The position numbers and the translations under genes were made by a program. A stretch of DNA of 64,000 nt from Tubulanus polymorphus (Eukaryota; Animalia; Nemertea): NCBI RefSeq assembly GCF_964204645.1, contig NC_134025.1, positions 7,440,001 through 7,504,000 on the forward strand, written 5' to 3'. Below are positions 54,878 through 64,000 of this stretch, piece after piece. The notes under the pieces were generated by a model, which did not search any database, was not told the origin of the DNA, and was given only the letters and a program-made list of their open reading frames with translations. Position 1 is the stretch's first letter. Each line of letters begins with the position of its first letter.

Positions 54878-55473
54878 GATACTGGTAATCTGATACTCGA
54901 GGAATTTTTGTATCCCGTAATTACTTTTATCTATTGTTTGGTGCTGCATGAAAATATATAATAATGATTGAAATACTTACACAATTTTTGTATTACACCA
55001 ATGCATTCAGAGTTTAATTGCTTGAAAATTTCTTTGTTAACAAAAATAAAAAGGTACATGTATTTGTAAAGAATATATGATCTGACTTTCTGAGATCGAA
55101 GATATTTGTAGTGTACTGTAATATTAATCAACTGCATTTGTTTGGCATTCCATTTCGTCAATAATGTCAGTGGTAATAAACATCTGTGATGTACTACTAA
55201 GATTTTGCAAACAATCAGAATTAATTATTTCATCATGTATTATATGATGCATAGCATTTTAAGGATACCCGGTATCTGTATTTTGAAAAGAAACCTTCAT
55301 TGATAATCCAGATCAATCAATTTCAAAGATTACATCAGAACATGGATTACTGGTCGCTATGCATATCTAGACACTGAATTTTATAATTTAAGTATTTCAT
55401 TTGTTGAGTTGTATATACCTAAGTATACGAGACTAAGAACACCTCCCAACAGAGCTTCTGCAAGAATGTAATA

Positions 55474-55594
55474 CAGTAAACCTTGCCCAACTCCGACTGG
55501 CGAAATCAGTCAAACCGAGGTAAGCGAACTCACACTGATTAATGATTTCATTTTTGTATGGGTTTGCCATGTCCGAGTAAGGCAAGGTTTACTG
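55474..55594. mobile_element. Tc1/mariner(pogo)-like MITE between GMF and MKKS 3' ends
   Basis: CAGTAAACCTTGCC ... GGCAAGGTTTACTG perfect 14 bp TIR, TA on left. Confidence 0.75.
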
Positions 55595-56090
55595 TTCCTG
55601 TCATTTATGGACAATATGGTTAAAAAGCTGATGTGTTTTTATTAGATTATATCAATTTAATATATTATCAAAGAAAAATACAATATATGTATACTTAAAT
55701 ATTTGCTAATTTTGATTTTATTTAGTTTGTTGGTCTGACACGGCAAAGGTCTTTTTATCTTGGGAGTTCAATTCAGTTGTATTGCTGATCTTATACGAGA
55801 TATGGCCATCACCCTCCTTTTTCGCCACTAGCATCGCCTTCTACTCTTAGAGAATTTTGTTTTCCTCATGAATCCACATGATAATGATAAATCCATGTCA
55901 TGAAATGGTAACGCGCATCAAACTAGAATACATGTAAATTGATTTATTCAAAACCATCACACAATAATATAATTCACACAGCAAATTGATTTCAATCGAT
56001 TCCTACTCACATACGCAATCAAAAATCAATGTATTAAAATCAGCCATTAGAACGAACAAACGATCACAAATGGGATTAGAAGGAAGCTGA

Positions 56091-58023
56091 TTAATTCAAA
56101 TCTTGAATCATACATCCTATTTTTAACATAGTACTTGCTGTATTAAAAATGAGTCGCAGACTACTAACTTTCGCTACAGCTAAATCACAAATTTCAACAT
56201 CACTTCCTAATACTTTTTTGTCAAAGAGGGAGTCTACATAGCCGAATTTGTCAATTTCACACAAATTTTTAAAGTTTTCCGTGTCAGTTCTGGCTACTGC
56301 ACCGCACTGACATTTCGCTTCATCATCCAACCAGCAATGATGGTAGTGATTATCCCGCCAATGTTCTAATATGGTTTTGTCACCATGTCCTGGTATTGTA
56401 TCCATAAATCCCCGCTTAAAATATCGTAACGAAGTCAACAGTTGACTGTCAGAACATCCAAACTTCGCAGCAAGGCTTTTTCTATTGGAAAATATCTGCA
56501 ACACAATTAATTGTTGATAGATTAGATTAGGTGCAATTGATTTAGAATGAGGAGTATCAATGGAGGTATGTTGTTGTTACCTTACTGTGAAGTTTCGTAG
56601 TGATCAAAGTTTCAAAGCAGCCACCGCCTGGTAATATATCTGGATGGAAGATACTCATCTGAAGCACGTGTTGAACTACATTGCTGACATACTGAAAATT
56701 AAAAAAAATTTCGGATAAGAGCATTTAACAATATCACACAACACACTTTGATATATCGAATGATGTGTACCTTCAGTTCCTCTAATGCTTGTTCAGACCA
56801 ATTGCAAAGAATGAGAGTTTTCGTGGCTGAATTGCGGTCATTTTTTAGGTGATAGAACTTCTTTTTATTGACAGTTACCACGTCGATACCATCCAACTTG
56901 CCATAGCATTCACTCAAACTCTGTTCCTTCAATGATATGACTGGTGCACAACCTACAAATATTCAAGAATACTATGGATCATAAACTGTGTACCAGCTGA
57001 TAAATTGATTGACTATTGAACATTACCTGTCAAATGTGTAACTGATTTCATTGCCGCACTTCCAAGCCTATCAATAACATGTACACTATTCTCATGAAGG
57101 AACTGCTGTAAGATTGGATGAACAACTTTTTGACAAAATACCACACTGACACCATCATTCACCAACTGCTGGCATACCTCCATCCACAACTGTATGACAA
57201 CATCATTTACAGCAGTAGTCTGTAGATTCCTTAACTCATATTTGGCATGGATGAACTCATTAGAATCCCCTGATAACGACGTGACTAGCACAACCACTTT
57301 CAATGGTTTTGTAAAATGGCAGGAGTCACTGATTACGCTATGTACAAAAGGCAGAAGAACTCCCGTCCATAATCGTGATTCAGTCACGTCCAATCCTTCT
57401 ACACCGAGTTTCAGAACCTCATTGAAACTACTGTTTTGATCTTCCTGTGAAGGAACTGAATTGAGAAAGCTCTCGAGCAGCAGTTTACACAGAAAGTCAA
57501 GATTAGTTTGTTTAACGTAACATGCATGTTTAGGTCGTACTATTCCGTTCACTAGTCGCAACATTGCTTTCAATGATAAATCATTTTCCATACCAGCAAT
57601 CTTCACTTCTTCGATGAGTGATAAAGTTTCGTGGCCGAAGTACGCAAACAATTCAGAAACAAGCGGAAGTTTTAGTCCGGTTTTAATACCATTTTCAATT
57701 AGACTTAGAGTTAGTAACAGTGTGTACAATCCGCCATCTTTGTATTTTTCTAAATGACCAGCAACGGACGTGACAACGAATTTCAGGTAAGGTTTCGAAA
57801 TTGATAAACAGTTTAAAAGTCTCCCAGATGTTGAAGTAATCGTCAAATGTCCTAATGACTGATTGTGTATGATTTTAAGTTTGCTCCTTGGTCCGTAACA
57901 CGACTGCACAATCTGTCTCAGAGTACACAGACTAGTGAGTACATCCTCGTCAGAAATGTGTTTATAGGTAACAATAGATTGTTGTTTCATACACACTCGC
58001 CCACCCGGAGACATAGCACTCAT
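56091..58023 (-). CDS. MKKS: McKusick-Kaufman/BBS6 chaperonin-like protein, 4 coding exons
   Basis: IVQSCYGP..LKIIHN..G....TSTS.RLL, DGGL, CQKVVHP.L, VIDRLG, TLILCN, LPGGGCFET, CQCG; stop TAA 56091-56093; acceptor AG immediately precedes ATG 58021-58023. Confidence 0.92.
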
Positions 58024-58173
58024 CTGTAAGATTAAAACATGAATACTATCTCTAATGATTCAATTTTATTGCTTCAACAAAAGTATTTAATTCAAATATA
58101 GTATTGATAACTTGTTTATTGATTACTTTTTATTGTAACTTACAATTTTTTATTGGCTCCGATTCAGTTTGGT

Positions 58174-58323
58174 CTATTTCACATTGCGTTGTTGATCAGA
58201 AGCTGATGAGGTAACACTTGTTTTAGCAAATTTCTGAAGTCCATACGTAGTTAAATGTATGCCACCAAATGCTATAACAACTGCTAAAATCTTATTTCTC
58301 ATAATCCACTGTTTGAATTGCAT
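58174..58323 (-). CDS. uMKKS2-like small single-TM protein (49 aa) MQFKQWIMRNKILAVVIAFGGIHLTTYGLQKFAKTSVTSSASDQQRNVK
   Basis: Read directly (below ORF-track cutoff); resembles my recollection of human MKKS uORF2 (W.RKN...G.HL.TY.LQ..AK.SV). Confidence 0.75.
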   Translation of the reverse strand: MQFKQWIMRNKILAVVIAFGGIHLTTYGLQKFAKTSVTSSASDQQRNVK

Positions 58324-58344
58324 TTTCAGTCATGTGCTGACTGA

Positions 58345-58758
58345 TTATTTCTGAAATATGTACAGTAAATTCAATATTACAAGACAAATACCGGTATAAG
58401 CATGACCTACATATATTGATCTGAATCAATAAATCGTTTTTTTTTTCAAAGGTGCTGTGTCTAAATTCTTAAGTATGATTTCTCTCAGTTTTATAGAGGT
58501 CACCTTAGATTGTCTGAGGTGTCATGTACTAATCATCTACCAGCTATTATCATAGAGTCAAAGGAAGTGTAACAGGCCTATCTCTTTGATACTTACATCT
58601 TTTACATCTGATATTTTGGATGCTAAACGTTCTTGTACACTCAATTCTATAGATTCAACCAATGGAAACGTGGCTAAGTATGAAGCACCCATTATCAAAC
58701 AAAATGACAGGATTTTATGCTGTTGGGCAAATAACACCGCATTTTTCAGCAATCCCAT
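58345..58758 (-). CDS. Middle small ORF of MKKS leader (55 aa if spliced 58597-58758 + 58345-58350), hydrophobic segment
   Basis: ATG 58756-58758 MGLLKNAVLFAQQHKILSFCLIMGASYLATFPLVESIELSVQERLASKISDVKD|K*; GTAAGT donor 58591-58596, CAG acceptor ~58351-58353. Confidence 0.55.
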
Positions 58759-58781
58759 CTTTAGAATAGCCAAATCGGCTG

Positions 58782-58973
58782 CTATTCTTCCTGATCGGCT
58801 GAACAGAATTTTTCCTTGTCAAGATTGAGACCAAATATGGAAAGTTTTCTGTCCTCCTTTCTTACTAGTGTCTCGTTGTATTGAATTTGGTACCAGCCGT
58901 AATGAATCAACACCAGGCTAGGAATAGTGATAACAGTAACGTAATACTTCTTTAACAACTGCAACACTCCCAT
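58782..58973 (-). CDS. uMKKS1-like small single-TM protein (63 aa) MGVLQLLKKYYVTVITIPSLVLIHYGWYQIQYNE...
   Basis: ATG 58971-58973 just after a TTTCAG acceptor (~58988); LIH.GWY motif matches recalled human MKKS uORF1. Confidence 0.8.
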   Translation of the reverse strand: MGVLQLLKKYYVTVITIPSLVLIHYGWYQIQYNETLVRKEDRKLSIFGLNLDKEKFCSADQEE

Positions 58974-59297
58974 CGCGTTCAACAGACTGAAATGATAGAA
59001 ACAACCCATTTACCTAATATGATATCACCGACAAGTAGATGTTTTCTTTTGATAAATAGCACAACCATTCCAGAAACGAACAGCCTTTTTAAGATATCAT
59101 AACAAATATCAGACAGAAAACACACCCAGTTAGTCTCAAAATGACGTTTCACAATTAAGTTTAGCAGTTATTTAAGATTCAACCAATAAAACTAGTCAAA
59201 TAGCTATATTTTAAGGAAAATGGAAAAATACGGAGATTCTTACGTAAAGAAATAAAGTCAACGACCTTGCAATCGGAGCGAGTGAAGTCAATCTTAA

Positions 59298-62218
59298 GAA
59301 TCAGCAGAACATGGCGTCACAAGCCCCGGGGCTTGTTACGCCATATCTGACATGGCGTCACAAGCCCCGAGTAAAATGCAGACTATATATAATTCACGCG
59401 GAACGAAGATATATGTTCGCGTCCAACAGACCACGTTTTTAAGTCCGATACGACGTGTAAAACCTGAATGATATAATTTCAAGTACCGGTATGTCAATGT
59501 GTAATGAATTTCTATTTTTTCTTAACTTATTGTCTAAACGTATACACAGTACCGGTACTTATACGTTATTTTGAAGTATTCCGTTCAGTGCAACCACTTT
59601 GAAAGAAAATTATATCCCTTTTTTACTTAAGATTTTTATGTAAAATTCTTCGAATATGTTTTTTGCAGGTTTCCGTTATGGTGCGAGACGATCATCAGCT
59701 ACATTTACCCAAAGCGATTTTTGTATATTTTTACATATGAACAAAATAAAAACAACGATTTATAAACTTTCTAAGACTTAATTATTGTTGTACTACTGAT
59801 TGAAATTTAAGATAATCAGTCACAATTATTCATTTATTTCTACGGAAATCCAATCAGGTCCTCTCACGCCATGAAAATTGAAGTTATTCTGCAGACCATT
59901 TAGGGCTCGATACGCCATATTGGCTGCTGAACATTTGGGGCCTGACACGCATAGAAGACAAATCGCGATTTTTCTAGCAGTATTTGTTTTGTTTTATAAG
60001 ACTTTATGATTATGAACAATATATATAAATAATTGAAACTAAAGATATAATTAGTGGCAATTAGTTGCTTTCATAGAAAACTGATCGGGTCCTCTCACGC
60101 CATATTGGCGGCAGAACACTTTGGGGCCTGACACGCCATGTAGAAGACAGCGTGATTTTAGGAGCTTTTTGAAACAATATTTGCCTTCTTTTCTAAGTCT
60201 AAATGATTGACAAACCATGTATAATGATCAATCTTTGAATATTTATGAAAATTATGCATCAATTGAAGCTATTCTGCAGACCGTTCGGGGCCTGACACGC
60301 CATATTGGCTGCAGAACATCTGGGGCCTGACACGCCATGTAGGAGACAGCGTGATTTTAGGAGCTTTTTGAAACAATATTTGTCTTTTTTCTAAGTCTAA
60401 AGGATTGACAAACCATGTAGAATGATAAATCTTTGAATATTTTTGATAATTAGTGACAATTATTCATCAATTGAAGCTATTCTGCAGACCGTTCGGGGCC
60501 TGACACGCCATATTGGCTGCAGAACATCTGGGGCCTGACACGCCATGTAGGAGACAGCGTGATTTTAGGAGCTTTTTGAAACAATATTTGTCTTTTTTTC
60601 TAAGTCTAAAGGATTGACAAACCATGTAGAATGATAAATCTTTGAATATTTATGATAATTAGTGACAATTATTCATCAATTGAAGCTATTCTGCAGACCG
60701 TTCGGGGCCTGACACGCCATATTGGCTGCAGAACATCTGGGGCCTGACACGCCATGTAGAAGACAGCGTGATTTTAGGAGCTTTTTGAAACAATATTTGT
60801 CTTTTTTCTAATTCTAAATGATTGACAAACCATGTAGAATGATAAATCTTTGAACATTTAACACAATTAATGACAATTATTCATTTGTTTGTACGGAAAA
60901 CCGTTCGGGTCCTCTCACGCCATGTCTCAATTGAAGCTATTCTGCAGACCATTTGGGGCCTGACACGCCATATTGGCTGCAGAACATTCGGGGCTTGACA
61001 CGCCATAGAAGACAAATCGCGGTTTTTCTAGCAGTATTTGTTTTGTTTTCTAACACTTTGTGATTGTCAAATCATGAATAATATATAACTAATTGAAACT
61101 AATAATTAGTGACAATTAATTGCTTCCATAGAAAACCGATCGGGTCCTCTCACGCCATATTGGCTGCAGAACATTTGGGGCCTGACACGCCATGTAGAAG
61201 ACAACGTGATTTTAGGAGTTTTTTGTAACAGTATTTGCTTTTTTCTAAGACTAAATGATTGACAAACCATATAGTATGATTAATCTTTGAACATTTAAGA
61301 GAATTAGCGACAATTATTCATTTGTTTGTAGGAAAACCGATCGGGTCCTCTCACGCCATGTTTCAATTGAAGCTTTTCTGCAGACCATTTGGGGCCTGAC
61401 ACGCCATGTAGAAGGCTTAGTGATTTTAGGAGCCATATTGACTGCAGATCACACTAGATTGGAGCCTGGCTCACCATATATGTTTTTCTAACATTATCTA
61501 TGTTCTTCTAAGACTAATTGATCAACAAATCATGTGAAATAGATGAATGATTCATTGAAATGTAAGATAGTTCATTGAAATTTTTATTCTGTAAAACTCA
61601 TTCAGTAGATATGTAATGTTTTTGTATTTTTCATATGCTGGCGAAATATGTGATTGTTTAAATTGTGTTTCAAAATAAAGTGTGTACACTGCATTAGATT
61701 AACAAACAACGATCAATTTCTATTCTGTAAAACTCATTTTGTAAATATGTATGCCAGTGAAGTAGGATAAGATAAGTTTTTAATTGTGTTTTAAGTGTAA
61801 AATGTTTTCAATCTATCAATACATTCCGTAAATAGATATGTTAAGTTTTACCTTACCCTGGTATTTTCCTGTTCCATCAGATTCTTACAAAATAAGAAAT
61901 TCATATCAAATAAAGTTTGATTCAAACATTACTCGTTATAAGTTATTGATTAAAAGTAATCTTCTGAATCAAATCATTTTCATATATGCGATGTAATATG
62001 TAGTTCTTATTATGTATATATAGTACGTTGTAAATCATCTATGACAAATAAATATCCAATCGAATATTTCAACTTCGGAAGAAAAATCCCGCGAGACGTA
62101 GTCGACGTTTCATCTCCTGCATAGGATTTGATTTTCATTTTATGTTTACCACATGGCGTGTCAGGCCCCAATATGGCGTGACAAGCCTCGGGGCTTGTGA
62201 CGCCATATGCAGCAGGTC
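59298..62218. mobile_element. ~2.9 kb non-autonomous DNA transposon, TTAA flanks, GA..TC termini (Kolobok-like), palindromic TIRs
   Basis: TTAA 59294-59297 and 62219-62222; left GAATCAGCAGAACATGGCGTCACAAGCCCCGGGGCTTGTTACGCCATAT vs reverse complement of right GACCTGCTGCATATGGCGTCACAAGCCCCGAGGCTTGTCACGCCATAT; no transposase ORF. Confidence 0.8.
59780..61480 (+). repeat. Internal tandem array, ~208 bp unit, with ~1.05 kb higher-order duplication
   Basis: GAAGCTATTCTGCAGACC recurs at 60265, 60473, 60682, ~60933; each unit carries paired GGGGCCTGACACGCCAT motifs; GAAGACAAATCGCG at ~59953 and ~61008. Confidence 0.93.
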
Positions 62219-62994
62219 TTAAGATTGCCCTAGATGATCGGAGCCGGTGTCGCGGACGCACTAAATTCCGGTTCCCCCCATTTTGGCGCTAATTTTAATC
62301 GCCTTCACCCGGATTTCACCGCCACAACTTTATTGCATGACTGTAGGCCTACTTATTTTTGTATCGGGAGCAGCCGGTTCTACTATTTATAATCTTTTTT
62401 GGCGGATGTTCCGGCCGCGGCTCGGTGGTTACGGGTTTACATACAATAAAACCTCAAGAACCTCGTTACTTATAGTTTACAACGAGATCGTCAACGAAAT
62501 ACTGAGTTTCGAACGAAGAAATTTCCGTGTTCCAGTTAAAACAAAGTCGTTATTTCCTTTAATTCCCATCGGTTTTAACGAGATTCCCGACGGTTTTAAC
62601 ATCGGCATTTTTACAACGAATAGAACGAACAGTATAAATTTTTGTGCCAAAGACTTTTCGTCACGAGGTCGCAGCAGAAACATTACAAACTTTCGAGACA
62701 GCCGTAACGACGGGCGCGCGAGTTCTGATAATTATCGCTGGCAACAATTTACTGTATTTCTGAAGCCTGCATTTCTGAAGTATGGTTAGCTTTTAAAAAA
62801 AATCGTTTACTTTTTCCAATCCAAAAATTCGCCATTGATTGTCAATTTGTCATGGTAAAAATCCCCCGTTTCTCCATATTCCAACTACCAATCAAAAATT
62901 GCCATCAAACGGCGAAAATATAATTAGCCATATACTAGAGAAAAACCAAAAAATATTGGCTGGATTTGGAAAAAATGTTTTACTTTTTAGCTCT

Positions 62995-63018
62995 CATTCA
63001 TTTCATTTCATTTCATTT
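62995..63018. repeat. (CATTT)n microsatellite
   Basis: cattcatttcatttcatttcattt. Confidence 0.7.
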
Positions 63019-64000
63019 CGTTTATTGTAACTTTGTACAAAGTACAGTATACAAATATCGTTCATGTAATACATAATATAATATAAAACACCATTTCGCA
63101 GATTTGACGAAAACCTGTCACAGAAGAAATTGGAAATTCACTCAAAGACAAGCAGATTCCGTTTATCATATCTCATATGAATGAAAACTTCAGAACATTC
63201 CAACAAGTTTCTCGCTGGTCTTGGTGTTATCAAAAATTCATAAAGACTAGTCTTTATGAATTTTTGGTGTTATTGAAAAATCAAAATGTTTTACACTGGT
63301 GAACGTTTTTAAGTCACGTTCTTTCTAAAAACAGATCAATGGCAGTGCGTACAGCGGCCAGATTACACTATGACCGAAATAGTTGGTAATGAATAAATTG
63401 ATCAATCGACCCGATGTTCAAAATCAAAGCCTTCACCAATAACCTTAAGTCCAAAAGTGGTCTTAATCTTGAATGGTCTTAAGTGGTTAGATTGGGTACT
63501 AACGTGGTCTTCCGCGACTGGTCTCAAGCCTGCCTATGCAACCGATCCCAGCGCTGGGTGAATCAAACTCAAAGCCTTGTTATACTGAAGCTCGACTGGA
63601 ATTATTGTAACGAGGTTTGACTATTTTAACCCTTTTAAATAGATTTGTAATTTTATCATCTTGTCACGCGCGTAGGGTTCGAATCCTTTCTATTTCATAC
63701 CACCGGGTTTCGGGAATTCTTATAATATTCATTTTTTTGTATTATACGGATCACACCTAATGTATCAATAAACTGGAAAATATAAGCTCAGGGACTATCA
63801 AGTTTAAATGTGCATGAGTAGACCGAGTTCTAACTAAAATCAATTAAAACAAGTGAGTACAGGTGATTGTACAGACAATAGATTGAGTTTGAAAGTGTCT
63901 GAGTCCGAGTCGATACTATAATTGAATAGTGTGATTCGATTTAAAGAGCCAAGAGCTGAGTCAACTGTAGATCACAGAAAAATAACAAAAACAATTTGTA

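Noticed and set aside
59850-61410. CRISPR-like recurrence of a 17 bp motif
   Set aside because: Intervening sequences are themselves repeated (tandem units), no cas genes, eukaryotic context.
63665-63690. GGTTCGAATCC B-box; similar GGATTCGATCCC at ~3819
   Set aside because: No A-box/cloverleaf; at most SINE debris, not tRNA.

Overview
AT-rich, gene-dense eukaryotic (animal, probably invertebrate bilaterian; inference from ~60-90 bp GT-AG introns and gene content) genomic window. Twelve multi-exon genes were recognised by conceptual splicing and remembered family motifs: 3' part of MIA3/TANGO1, EAPP, a peptidase S28 (PRSS16/K12H4.7-like), SGPP1, COMMD1, INTS7 (with a U12-type minor intron), MTA1, CCT4, DTL/CDT2, TARBP1/TRM3, GMF and MKKS/BBS6. 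Highlights: (1) MKKS is preceded by three tandem small hydrophobic ORFs on what appears to be one spliced polycistronic transcript (uMKKS1-like, an extra middle ORF, uMKKS2-like), with poly(A) signals positioned to release a small-ORF-only mRNA; (2) COMMD1/INTS7 and CCT4/DTL head-to-head pairs are a partner swap of the human COMMD1/CCT4 and INTS7/DTL pairs, explainable by one ~25 kb inversion; (3) a 2.9 kb TTAA-flanked non-autonomous element with palindromic TIRs and an internal ~208 bp satellite sits next to the MKKS transcript 5' end. Gene spans include introns; all homology calls are from memory, no searches were run.
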